Shown here: positions 38,951 to 48,349 of the stretch, one piece after another
Layout: each line of letters opens with the position of its first letter
Numbering within the stretch: position 1 is the first letter of the stretch
Source: Crocinitomix sp.
GTDB taxonomy: Bacteria; Bacteroidota; Bacteroidia; Flavobacteriales_D; Crocinitomicaceae
DNA length: 64,000 nt
Assembly (NCBI GenBank): GCA_030836155.1
Contig: JAURQI010000134.1
Location: 17,639 to 81,638 of the forward strand
Reading direction: 5' to 3'
Notes under the pieces: generated by a model
Seen by the model: the letters and a program-made list of their open reading frames with translations, nothing else
Databases searched by the model: none
Told to the model about the DNA's origin: nothing
Position numbers and translations under genes: made by a program

Positions 38951-39974
38951 TATCTTGTTTTTTGTTCTTGTATTTGATTCGTTTTGAAATCAGCATGCTT
39001 GGTTTTTCAATTCCATTGTACATGACAAAAGCGCCAATCCAACTGATCAATAATGCAAATATAACCATCAAATAGGGATAATCCTGTGCGAGAGGGGTAT
39101 CAAATGTGAAATAGAGGAACCAACTACCGGTTAAACCATGTGTCAAATAATAGGAATAAGATATGCGCCCAGTAAGATTCAGAAAACGAAATCCAGAAGG
39201 AACAAAAAGGATAAAAGCAAAAGTTAAAATAGCGACAATGAAATCTTGCGGAACGTAGTAAAAGAATAATGAGGTCAAGGCTAGCACGGCCACAGTGATA
39301 GAAGTTTTATTCCAACCCTCTTCGAAAATGAAGAACCCAGCTAATCCAAGCAGAAAATAAGGTCCGTGCACAAGAACCGTATTGGCAGAACTTGTTTCTA
39401 TTCCGGCGTAAAGCCAAATTAGCGTCAATAGAATTAATACCCAGCGGTTCTTATTAATGAGTGGGAATAACAATCCAATTAAAAGATAAAATTGAAGCTC
39501 AACTTTAAGTGTTTCAAAAATCGGGTTCATCCATGTATTGTCTGGGAAATAACCAGCCAAACTATCAAACGCAGCTATGAAGTCAACAGCAAAAAAGGCA
39601 TTTGCAATAATCTGTTTGATTTTGAGGTCATACACCCCACCCCACAAGTAGGTTGTTAAACCAAACCCGATTAAAACAATCAAACCAATGGTTATGAAAT
39701 AAGGAGGTAAGAGACGAGATAGTCGTTTTCCTAAATAGTGGAAATAGTGCTTTAGTTGATAACGACTCTTATAAAGCGAATAGGGGATGATGAATCCCGA
39801 GACCATATAAAACATCTCAACGCCTTGAGCTCCATATCTAAAAACAGAACGTTGGGCTTCGCTTTCGACTAGGAAATCAAATCCGTTGTAGTAATTAGTA
39901 AAATGAAAGATAGCCACGCTCAGCGCAGCAAAGGCGCGCAAAGATTCAATGTGGTTCAAGTGTTTCTTATTCAC
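38943..39974 (-). CDS. Acyltransferase family 3 (OafA-like) membrane O-acyltransferase
   Basis: IESLRAFAALSVAIFH; GVEMFYMVSGFII; KRLSRLLPPY; TLKVELQFY; GRISYSYYLTH; YNGIEKP. Confidence 0.88.
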   Translation of the reverse strand: MNKKHLNHIESLRAFAALSVAIFHFTNYYNGFDFLVESEAQRSVFRYGAQGVEMFYMVSGFIIPYSLYKSRYQLKHYFHYLGKRLSRLLPPYFITIGLIVLIGFGLTTYLWGGVYDLKIKQIIANAFFAVDFIAAFDSLAGYFPDNTWMNPIFETLKVELQFYLLIGLLFPLINKNRWVLILLTLIWLYAGIETSSANTVLVHGPYFLLGLAGFFIFEEGWNKTSITVAVLALTSLFFYYVPQDFIVAILTFAFILFVPSGFRFLNLTGRISYSYYLTHGLTGSWFLYFTFDTPLAQDYPYLMVIFALLISWIGAFVMYNGIEKPSMLISKRIKYKNKKQDNG

Positions 39975-41112
39975 TGATTACTTTAAGTATGTCTTTGACT
40001 TTATAAGCCAGTTCTTTTGCTTTATCCAAGTCTTCGTCAATAATGGTGACATGTCCCATCTTTCGAAAAGGCTTAGTCTCTAATTTACCATAAAGGTGCG
40101 GATAAACGCCTTCCCAACTAATAACGGTTTCAAGTCCTTGGTATTTTGCACGTCCTGTATAACCCGGCTCTCCCAATAGGTTAACCATTACTGATGGCAT
40201 TGTTGCACGGGTAGATCCTAGTGGTAAGTTAATGATCGAACGCATATGTTGTTCGTATTGAGAAGTGAAATTGGCTTCAATGGTTTGATGTCCACTATTG
40301 TGGGGTCGAGGAGCAACTTCATTCACCAATACTTCACCTGTTTTTGTTAAGAATAATTCAACGGCAAGTAGGCCAACCATTTCCATTTTTTCAATGATAT
40401 CTTTTGCTATCTCAGTTGCTTTTACCGCTACCGCCGCAGAAACATCAGCAGGGGCAAATAGGAATTCTACTAAATTAGCGACCGGATTAAAAGACAATTC
40501 AACAATCGGGTAAGCCTCGACATCACCATTCGCATTACGCGCGACAATAACAGATAACTCTTTATCAAAATCAACAAACTGTTCTAAAACGCTTGGGCCG
40601 ATTAGTGCTTTTTCAAAATCTGTCGTCGTTTGCATGGTTTGTACGCCACGACCATCATAGCCACCGGTTCTTACTTTTTGAACAAAGGGTAAAAAATCAG
40701 CATGATTTTCCAGTTCCTTTTCACTATCAATTAAACGGTAAGGTGCAGTTGGAATGTCGTTTTTACGATAAAACTCCTTCTGTAAACCTTTGTCTTGGAT
40801 TAATCGAATCAATGAAGGTTGCGGATACACCTGAACGCCGTCTTTCTCGAGTTGTTCTAATGCATCTACATTAACATGCTCGATTTCTATTGTAACGACA
40901 TCTTTGCCTTGACCAAATTGATATACGGTATCGAAATCTTGTAAGCTTCCTTTGGTAAACGCATGAGCAATGTGAGCACAGGGTGATTGATCATTAGGGT
41001 CTAAGATATGAATATGTAAATCAAAGTTCAATGCTTCTTGAATAAACATTCTTCCCAATTGTCCTCCACCAAGTATTCCTACTTTAAGTCCAGATTTATA
41101 GTCGCTTTTCAT
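39967..41112 (-). CDS. purK: N5-carboxyaminoimidazole ribonucleotide synthase
   Basis: GILGGGQLGRM; GGYDGRG; NEVAPRPHNSGH; RKMGHVT. Confidence 0.97.
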   Translation of the reverse strand: MKSDYKSGLKVGILGGGQLGRMFIQEALNFDLHIHILDPNDQSPCAHIAHAFTKGSLQDFDTVYQFGQGKDVVTIEIEHVNVDALEQLEKDGVQVYPQPSLIRLIQDKGLQKEFYRKNDIPTAPYRLIDSEKELENHADFLPFVQKVRTGGYDGRGVQTMQTTTDFEKALIGPSVLEQFVDFDKELSVIVARNANGDVEAYPIVELSFNPVANLVEFLFAPADVSAAVAVKATEIAKDIIEKMEMVGLLAVELFLTKTGEVLVNEVAPRPHNSGHQTIEANFTSQYEQHMRSIINLPLGSTRATMPSVMVNLLGEPGYTGRAKYQGLETVISWEGVYPHLYGKLETKPFRKMGHVTIIDEDLDKAKELAYKVKDILKVISE

Positions 41113-41178
41113 GGATACAAAATTAATTTTTTCGTCGAAATGGTCAAATAGTCAACCCGCGTAAAAAAGCGGATGAAT

Positions 41179-41211
41179 AAAAAAAGCTTCCCGAATAATC
41201 GGAAAGCTTTT
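41179..41211 (-). terminator. Intrinsic terminator of rpmH
   Basis: Minus strand AAAAGCTTTCCGA-ttat-TCGGGAAGCTTTT followed by a U run. Confidence 0.8.
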
Positions 41212-41245
41212 GAATATTATATAAGGTCGTAACCTCAGCGCAGGC

Positions 41246-41407
41246 TTATCGCTTTGCCATACGTTCTGAAGAAACCGTTAACTTTTTTCTTCCTTTTTTT
41301 CTTCTACGGTTGACTACTGCTCTACCGTTCTTTGTAGCCATTCTACTTCTGAAACCATGTTTGTTTCTTCTCTTTCTTAATGACGGCTGAAATGTTCTTT
41401 TACTCAT
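41246..41407 (-). CDS. rpmH: 50S ribosomal protein L34 (53 aa; absent from the supplied ORF track)
   Basis: Manual translation [53 protein letters not shown]; TATCTTTG box at 41469-41462. Confidence 0.97.
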   Translation of the reverse strand: MSKRTFQPSLRKRRNKHGFRSRMATKNGRAVVNRRRKKGRKKLTVSSERMAKR

Positions 41408-41583
41408 TTCTAAAAAATATTATAAGGTCTCTAATTTTTTTTCTAAATCCCAAACGGGATGCAAAGATATAACAAATAAATAGAGTACAAAGCTTTCCCG
41501 ATTAATTTTCTAAATAATGTGTTTTTTATGACATTAAATGTATTCAAACCCTTTAATTTTGCACCTGTTTTGATATTATCAAC

Positions 41584-43374
41584 ATGTTTGGAAACCGAAA
41601 GAAACGCGAAAAAGTAGAATTATCCAAGGAGTCGTATAAAAGAGCGGGAGGCTTTTTACGTTTTTTAAAACCTTACAGTGGAATCTACACAGTTGGATGG
41701 CTGTTTTTGGTTTTTTCAAGTTTAACGGCTATGCTATTCCCTGCGCTGATGGGGCAATTGATTGGAGCAAATCCAGAGGAAGAACCGATATTTGACTTGG
41801 GTTCAATTGACCTCAATGATATCAATATGCTGTTGATTGTAATGTTAGTGGTTTTTGGAACACAAGCATTTTTCTCATTTTTCCGTGTATGGATTTTTAG
41901 CACGGTTACCGAAAAGGTACTGCGTGACTTGAAGCGACGATCATTTAGTGCCTTGGTGAATATGCCACTCGATTTTTTTAACAAAAATAAAGTAGGGGAG
42001 TTAACCTCACGTGTTGCAACCGATATCAATCTTTTACAAGAATCACTCAATACAACCATTGCAGAATTTTTCCGTCAGTTTGTTACGATTATTGTGGCGC
42101 TTGTGGCAATCATTTATTTTGGTTGGGAGTTGGCATTATGGATGCTAGCCGTAGTGCCGTTATTGGCGATTATAGCAATCATCTTTGGTCGCTACATTCG
42201 TAAACTATCCAAATCGGCACAAAATGAATCGGCCTCTTCTAATGCGATATTGGATGAGGTTTTGACCGGTATTGTTAATGTGAAAGCATTTACCAGTGAG
42301 TCGTATGAAACGAATCGGTTTGTAGCGCGAATTCACAACGTGATGAAGCTAAATATTAAGAGTGGCTTGATGCGAGGCTTGTTTGTTTCTTTTATCATTT
42401 TCGGAATGTTTGGTGGAATTGCTTTTGTGATCTGGAAGGCAAAGTCTATGCAAATGGACGGATATATTACAGGAAATGAATTCAATGCATTCATTTTATA
42501 CACGATTTTTTTGGGTGCTTCTTTCGGTGCCATTCCTGATTTATACGCTAAAATTCAAAAAGCGATTGGAGCCACAGAACATTTGATGGGCATATTAGGA
42601 GAGCCTTCAGAGGCTAAGGAAGGTGAAGAATTGAAAGATTTTAAAGGACGTGTTCGATTTGATCATGTTGTATTTCGTTATCCGCAACGTGAAGAGATCA
42701 CGGTATTAGACGGAATTAGTTTTGATTGTAATGTAGGCGAAACAACAGCATTAGTGGGTAGTTCTGGAGCTGGGAAGTCGACCATCTCATCCTTACTCAT
42801 GCGATTTTATGAGGTCTCGCAAGGAACCATTTATTTTGATGATCAGAATGTGAATGAGGTTGCTGTCGAGAACTTGCGTGAACAAATCGCCATTGTTCCG
42901 CAAGAGGTAATCCTTTTCGGAGGAACGATCAAGGAGAATATTTTGTATGGAAAACAAGACGCCACTGAAGAGGAAGTCATAGCTGCAGCAAAAAAAGCCA
43001 ATGCATTTGACTTCATTAAGGAGTTTCCAGATCAATTCGAAACAATGGTAGGTGACCGCGGAATTCAATTGTCCGGAGGCCAAAAGCAACGTATAGCGAT
43101 CGCACGTGCAGTGCTCAAAAATCCAAAGATTTTAATCTTAGATGAGGCAACTTCAGCACTCGATTCTGAATCCGAAAAATTGGTGCAAGATGCGCTGGAG
43201 CAGCTTATGAAAGACCGAACATCATTTGTTATTGCGCATCGCTTATCTACTATAAAAAATGCAGACAATATTCTTGTATTGGATAAAGGAAAAATAGTCG
43301 AACAAGGCAAGCACAAAGACCTAATCGCCAATAAAGATGGCGCTTATTACAAACTCAATAATATTCAGTTTTAG
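41584..43374 (+). CDS. ABC transporter, fused permease/ATPase (MsbA-like exporter)
   Basis: 6-TM domain; Walker A GSSGAGKS; LSGGQKQR; ILILDEATSALD. Confidence 0.93.
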   Translation: MFGNRKKREKVELSKESYKRAGGFLRFLKPYSGIYTVGWLFLVFSSLTAMLFPALMGQLIGANPEEEPIFDLGSIDLNDINMLLIVMLVVFGTQAFFSFFRVWIFSTVTEKVLRDLKRRSFSALVNMPLDFFNKNKVGELTSRVATDINLLQESLNTTIAEFFRQFVTIIVALVAIIYFGWELALWMLAVVPLLAIIAIIFGRYIRKLSKSAQNESASSNAILDEVLTGIVNVKAFTSESYETNRFVARIHNVMKLNIKSGLMRGLFVSFIIFGMFGGIAFVIWKAKSMQMDGYITGNEFNAFILYTIFLGASFGAIPDLYAKIQKAIGATEHLMGILGEPSEAKEGEELKDFKGRVRFDHVVFRYPQREEITVLDGISFDCNVGETTALVGSSGAGKSTISSLLMRFYEVSQGTIYFDDQNVNEVAVENLREQIAIVPQEVILFGGTIKENILYGKQDATEEEVIAAAKKANAFDFIKEFPDQFETMVGDRGIQLSGGQKQRIAIARAVLKNPKILILDEATSALDSESEKLVQDALEQLMKDRTSFVIAHRLSTIKNADNILVLDKGKIVEQGKHKDLIANKDGAYYKLNNIQF

Positions 43375-43384
43375 TGAATGGCGT

Positions 43385-44254
43385 TTAGCCAAGGTATGCA
43401 CGAAGCATTTTACTACGTGATGTGGTTTTTAGCTTTCGAATCCCTTTCTCCTTAATCTGACGAACACGTTCCCGAGTTAAATCAAACTTTAATCCAATCT
43501 CTGCTAATGTCATTGGTGGATTGTTATCTAAACCGAAGTACAAGCGAATCACATCAGCTTCTCTTTGCTTTAAAGTACTCAATGAGCGTTCAATTTCACC
43601 TCTTAATGATTCAATGATTAGATCCTTTTCAGGATTGTTTTGCTCCGAGTTTTGTAAGACATCGTACATGCTTGAACTCCCTTCATCACCTTCTTTTAAA
43701 GGTGCATCCATTGAGACATGTCGACCATTATTCTCCAGAGAATTCTTAATGTCCTTGTGAGATAGTTCTAACGCATCAGCCAATTCATCAATGGTTGGCG
43801 TTCTGCCTAAATCTTGCTCCAGATCAGAAAAAGCCCTGTTCACTTTATTGATGATACCAATTTTGTTCAAAGGTAAACGTACGATACGTGCTTGCTCTGC
43901 TAAGGCTTGCAAAATAGACTGTCGAATCCACCAAACCGCATAGGAGATAAACTTAAATCCACGCGTTTCATCAAAACGTTTTGCCGCTTTAATAAGTCCG
44001 AGATTCCCTTCATTGATAAGATCTGGCAACGATAAACCCTGGTTTTGATATTGTTTAGATACTGAAACTACAAAACGCAAATTAGCCGTCGTTAAACGTT
44101 CGAGCGCCGCTTTATCACCTTCTCGAATTTTTTGCGCTAGTACAGCTTCTTCTTCAGCTGTAATCAGATCCACCCTGCCAATTTCTTGGAGGTACTTGTC
44201 TAATGATGCAGTTTCTCGATTCGTTACTTGTTTGGTAATTTTTAGCTGTCTCAT
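43385..44254 (-). CDS. rpoD: RNA polymerase sigma-70 factor, RpoD/SigA family (short Bacteroidota type)
   Basis: [14 protein letters not shown]; NLRFVVSV; [10 protein letters not shown]; [15 protein letters not shown]; [12 protein letters not shown]; primary versus paralogous status unresolved. Confidence 0.85.
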   Translation of the reverse strand: MRQLKITKQVTNRETASLDKYLQEIGRVDLITAEEEAVLAQKIREGDKAALERLTTANLRFVVSVSKQYQNQGLSLPDLINEGNLGLIKAAKRFDETRGFKFISYAVWWIRQSILQALAEQARIVRLPLNKIGIINKVNRAFSDLEQDLGRTPTIDELADALELSHKDIKNSLENNGRHVSMDAPLKEGDEGSSSMYDVLQNSEQNNPEKDLIIESLRGEIERSLSTLKQREADVIRLYFGLDNNPPMTLAEIGLKFDLTRERVRQIKEKGIRKLKTTSRSKMLRAYLG

Positions 44255-44366
44255 ATGTGTCGTTTTGAAAAGGTCTGTGTAGTATAAACGTTTAGATCGG
44301 GCGAATGGTTGGCTTTGCCCAACTCAACAATTGAAAACGTTCAACTCTATTATGTTCTAAAATTAA

Positions 44367-44405
44367 TTGACTTAGTCAAATTTAAAAGTTCAATGATCGA
44401 TCATT
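44367..44405. promoter_or_regulatory. Two palindromic candidate operator sites between the divergent sigma and Rrf2 genes
   Basis: TTGACT-T-AGTCAA (44367-44379) and perfect 14-bp AATGATCGATCATT (44392-44405). Confidence 0.4.
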
Positions 44406-44608
44406 AAATGATGCTATTGTATCAACAATTGTTCTTTTGAATTTAAAGAGTGAGGCACTGTTAAAAGTTAATTATGCCTGTTAAGATTAGTATTTAAGAA
44501 TCAATTATTCAGAATAGGAATACACGAAACTTTCTCAATTAATCTGGCTTCAATCATAGCTGGAATTAAACTAATCTTAACTTTGTTTAAATAAAGAACA
44601 CCAGTTTT

Positions 44609-45037
44609 ATGTCTAACATGCTTTCCAAAAAAACAAAATATGCATTTCACGCATTGACTTATTTAGGTAAGCAAGAAGAGCGTACGCCAGTTTTAATTAG
44701 TCAGGTTGCATCTAAAACAAAAGTTCCACGTAAATTTTTAGAGAGTATTCTGTTAGACCTCAAGAAGGCCGGAATCCTCAACAGTAAAATGGGGAAAGGT
44801 GGAGGCTATTATTTACTCCGCGATGCAAAAGACGTGCTATTAGCAGATGTCATTCGAATGTTCAACGGTCCGATAGCATTACTTCCTTGTGTTAGTCTTA
44901 ATTACTATGAACCTTGCGAAGAATGTGTGGATGAAGAGACGTGTGGTTTGAACGCGATGATGATTGAAGTCAGAGACGAAATGCTTAAAATACTTGAAAA
45001 TAAAACCCTAGCTGATATCATCAACGCAGAGGAATAA
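44609..45037 (+). CDS. Rrf2 family transcriptional regulator (start may be ATG 44618)
   Basis: LSKKTKYA; LESILLDLKKAGIL.SK.GKGGGY.L; C-terminal CVS...PCEEC...C; TAACTTTG box at 44578-44585. Confidence 0.93.
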   Translation: MSNMLSKKTKYAFHALTYLGKQEERTPVLISQVASKTKVPRKFLESILLDLKKAGILNSKMGKGGGYYLLRDAKDVLLADVIRMFNGPIALLPCVSLNYYEPCEECVDEETCGLNAMMIEVRDEMLKILENKTLADIINAEE

Positions 45038-45053
45038 AAAAATTTACAGTAAT

Positions 45054-45085
45054 AATCTATAAATTCGATAGAATAACTATATTTG
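45054..45085 (+). promoter_or_regulatory. -7 promoter box with adjacent inverted repeat (candidate Rrf2 operator)
   Basis: AATCTAT-N7-ATAGAAT (45054-45074) directly upstream of TATATTTG (45078-45085). Confidence 0.5.
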
Positions 45086-45101
45086 TCGCCAAAACGACTG
45101 A

Positions 45102-45332
45102 ATGCTATTTGATTTTTTGGTACATAAAAGAGGAGTAAGAAGGGGAGATTCGACTAGTAAGTCGATTATCAAAACCATCAGTTGGCGTATTGTTGGCACC
45201 ATTGACACAATGGTTATCGCCTATGTGTTAACCGGAGAGTTGACGTTAGCAGCGTCTATTGGAACGGTAGAAGTATTTACCAAAATGATCCTCTATTATT
45301 TCCATGAAAGATTTTGGAATAAATTTATATAA
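45102..45332 (+). CDS. DUF2061 family small membrane protein
   Basis: SIIKTISWRIVGTIDT; KMILYYFHERFW. Confidence 0.88.
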   Translation: MLFDFLVHKRGVRRGDSTSKSIIKTISWRIVGTIDTMVIAYVLTGELTLAASIGTVEVFTKMILYYFHERFWNKFI

Positions 45333-45335
45333 CCC

Positions 45336-46031
45336 ATGACAAGAATACAAGAAGATATATTGGGCCTTTCTTTTGAGGAGGCTGATTCAATTTTAAAAAC
45401 GATTACTCAAATCTCAGATAAAATTGTCTTTTCGACATCATTTGGTAAGGAGGATCAGGTGATTACACACATGATTACTTCTAATCAATTACCAATCGAT
45501 ATTTTTACTTTAGATACCGGTCGATTATTTGAAGAAACCTATGCCGTATTTGATCGCACAGTAAAAAAATATAAGAAAAAGATTAAAACGTATTATCCGA
45601 ATCGTGATGCTGTTGAGGAGATGGTTTCAAAATCAGGACCGTATTCATTTTATGAAAATGTTGAGGCGCGAAAAACATGCTGCGCAATTCGGAAAATTGA
45701 ACCTTTAAAAAGAGCCCTTTCCGGTCAAGAAGTTTGGATAACAGGATTACGTCAAGCACAATCTTCTTATCGCAATCAAATGACCCCGGTCGAGTGGGAT
45801 GAGTCAAATCAGATTGTTAAAATCCATCCCTTGTTTTATTGGCCTGATGATAAAATCGAGGCATATATCAATGTTTTTAATGTACCCGTCAATACTTTAC
45901 ACGCCAAAAATTTTCCAAGTATCGGATGCAGTCCTTGCACCCGCGCAATTATGCCGGGCGAAGATAATAGAGCCGGTCGTTGGTGGTGGGAGAACAGCAA
46001 AAAAGAATGTGGATTGCATCAAACGAAATAA
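45336..46031 (+). CDS. cysH: Adenosine-5'-phosphosulfate (APS) reductase, CysH family, Fe-S type
   Basis: STSFGKED; LDTG; CCAIRK; WITGLR; SIGCSPCT; ECGLH. Confidence 0.93.
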   Translation: MTRIQEDILGLSFEEADSILKTITQISDKIVFSTSFGKEDQVITHMITSNQLPIDIFTLDTGRLFEETYAVFDRTVKKYKKKIKTYYPNRDAVEEMVSKSGPYSFYENVEARKTCCAIRKIEPLKRALSGQEVWITGLRQAQSSYRNQMTPVEWDESNQIVKIHPLFYWPDDKIEAYINVFNVPVNTLHAKNFPSIGCSPCTRAIMPGEDNRAGRWWWENSKKECGLHQTK

Positions 46032-46928
46032 ATGAAGATGAATTATTTAGATGAATTAGAAAACGAATCAATTTATATCATGCGCGAGGTTGCGGCTCAG
46101 TTCGACAATCCTGTCATTCTCTTTTCCGGCGGTAAAGACTCGATAACATTGGTTCATTTAGCTGTCAAGGCATTTTATCCAGCTCCCGTACCTTTTCGAT
46201 TATTACATGTGGATACGGGGCATAATTTTCCGGAGACTATCTCGTTTCGCGATGAATTAATGGAAGAACTCGGACTTGATTTAATTGTCCGTTATGTAGA
46301 AGATTCGATTAATGAAAAGAATATTAAAGAAGAATCTGGTCGCTATGCGAGTCGTAATAAATTACAAACGGTAACACTTTTAGATGCTATTGAAGAATTT
46401 GGATTCGACGCCTGTATTGGTGGAGCGAGAAGAGATGAAGAAAAAGCGCGTGCAAAAGAACGCATTTTCTCCTTTCGTGATGACTTTGGACAATGGGACG
46501 CGCGTAATCAGCGACCCGAATTGTTTGATATTTTAAATGGTAAAATCAATTCTGGCGAGAATATTCGGGTCTTCCCAATTTCGAATTGGACAGAACTGGA
46601 TGTGTGGAATTATATCAAGCGGGAAAATATTGAGTTACCATCTGTTTATTTCGCTCATAAGCGAGCTGTCTTTTTAAGAGATGGTTTGATTTGGTCAGAT
46701 TCACCATTTATACACAGAGATCAGGAAGAAACGGTTTTTGAGAAAGAAGTGCGATTTAGGACTGTGGGAGATATGACCTGCACTGCTGCTGTTGCTTCTT
46801 CTGCCAGTTCATTAGAGGCTGTCATTGCGGAGATAGATGCAGCAGAGATTTCGGAACGCGGAGCACGGATCGACGATAAGCGTTCGGAAGCTGCCATGGA
46901 GGAGCGAAAAGAGGCAGGTTATTTTTAA
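46032..46928 (+). CDS. cysD: Sulfate adenylyltransferase subunit 2
   Basis: LFSGGKDS; HVDTGHNF; GGARRDEEKARAKER; RVFPISNWTE; RFRTVGD. Confidence 0.97.
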   Translation: MKMNYLDELENESIYIMREVAAQFDNPVILFSGGKDSITLVHLAVKAFYPAPVPFRLLHVDTGHNFPETISFRDELMEELGLDLIVRYVEDSINEKNIKEESGRYASRNKLQTVTLLDAIEEFGFDACIGGARRDEEKARAKERIFSFRDDFGQWDARNQRPELFDILNGKINSGENIRVFPISNWTELDVWNYIKRENIELPSVYFAHKRAVFLRDGLIWSDSPFIHRDQEETVFEKEVRFRTVGDMTCTAAVASSASSLEAVIAEIDAAEISERGARIDDKRSEAAMEERKEAGYF

Positions 46929-46947
46929 ATATTAAGAAAGGAATATT

Positions 46948-48192
46948 ATGAATATTATCAGATTATCAACCGCTGGAAGTGTAGATGACGGAAAAAGTAC
47001 CTTTATCGGTCGTCTCTTGCATGATACACAATCACTTCCTAAAGATAAAATTGCTCAAATTGAAGCCGTTTCAAAAAAACGCGGATTAAAAGAGGTAGAC
47101 TTATCTTTGATTACAGACGGGTTGACAGCAGAACGAGAACAAGGAATTACGATAGATGTCGCGCATATTTATTTCGCAATGGATAAGCGAAAATACATTA
47201 TAGCAGATACTCCAGGCCATGTTGAGTATACACGAAATATGATTACGGGTGCTTCTAATGCACAAGTGTTTATGATCTTAATTGATGCAAGAAATGGAAT
47301 AGTCGAGCAAACAAAACGGCATTTATTCATCGCATCATTGATGGAAATTAAAGAGATCATGTTCGTGATTAATAAAATGGATTTAGTTGATTATAACGAA
47401 ACGGTTTACAACGGGATACTCAAAGATCTAGAACCACTTTCTGAAAAGTTCAATCTAAATGATCGAAATTGTACTTACTTCCCCGTCTCAGCAAAGTATG
47501 GAGATAATGTGGTGAATCGTTCTAAAAACATATCTTGGTATACAGGACCAACTGTAATCGATCATCTAGAGGCTATCGAAGATGGAATATTCGAAAACTT
47601 GCCATTTCGTTATAATGTTCAATACGTCATTCGCCCACATTCAGATGAATTTCATGATTTTAGAGGATATGCTGGTAAAGTTGTCAGTGGTTCAGTCAAA
47701 TTAGGTGATACCATATCTGTTGCCGGCTCTGCGCAATCAAGCAAAGTAAAAGCCATTCACCGTTATAAAGATCATTTGCTCGAGGCAAAAGCAGGTGATT
47801 CCGTGGTGATTGAATTAGAGGATGATATTGATGTTTCAAGAGGAGATCAATTGCAATTAAATGGCGAATCGGCATTAGGAGATAAGAAATTGGAGTCAAG
47901 CATGTGCTGGCTAAATACCACGCCGCTTAACCCCGCTCAAAAATATATTTTAAGGCAAGGTTCATTTTCAACTCAAGTTAAAATTGATTCGGTTAATTCT
48001 CAACTTGATTTTGAGACTTTAGAATATAGGCCATCAACGGAAGCATTGAAAGTGAATGGAATTGGTGAGGTAACATTAAAAACGGCTGCACCAGTTGTTT
48101 TGGACAAGTATCAATCCAACCCTAAAAATGGTTCTTTTATATTGGTAGACCCTCTATCAAACGCAACAGTTGCCGTTGGCTTTATGTCTTAA
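46948..48192 (+). CDS. cysN: Sulfate adenylyltransferase subunit 1 (GTPase), no fused APS kinase
   Basis: TAGSVDDGKST; EREQGITIDVA; ADTPGH; NKMD. Confidence 0.95.
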   Translation: MNIIRLSTAGSVDDGKSTFIGRLLHDTQSLPKDKIAQIEAVSKKRGLKEVDLSLITDGLTAEREQGITIDVAHIYFAMDKRKYIIADTPGHVEYTRNMITGASNAQVFMILIDARNGIVEQTKRHLFIASLMEIKEIMFVINKMDLVDYNETVYNGILKDLEPLSEKFNLNDRNCTYFPVSAKYGDNVVNRSKNISWYTGPTVIDHLEAIEDGIFENLPFRYNVQYVIRPHSDEFHDFRGYAGKVVSGSVKLGDTISVAGSAQSSKVKAIHRYKDHLLEAKAGDSVVIELEDDIDVSRGDQLQLNGESALGDKKLESSMCWLNTTPLNPAQKYILRQGSFSTQVKIDSVNSQLDFETLEYRPSTEALKVNGIGEVTLKTAAPVVLDKYQSNPKNGSFILVDPLSNATVAVGFMS

Positions 48193-48349
48193 ACTACCTG
48201 TTATGTTATGTTTTTGGCTGTTAATCTTTTGTTAACAAGGTTTTATCTCAAGGATCAATAAATATCCTTACCTTTGGTGTGAATAATTATGCAGGCATAA
48301 TCATTTTGTATGTGATATGCTCGTACTTAGCAACTTAAACTTAACACGT

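Noticed and set aside
41184-41500. Short similar sequences on both sides of rpmH (AAAGCTT(T)CCCGA; AATATTAT(AT)AAGGTC)
   Set aside because: Imperfect, AT-rich and in different order on the two sides; they coincide with the terminator and the promoter region, so chance is adequate.
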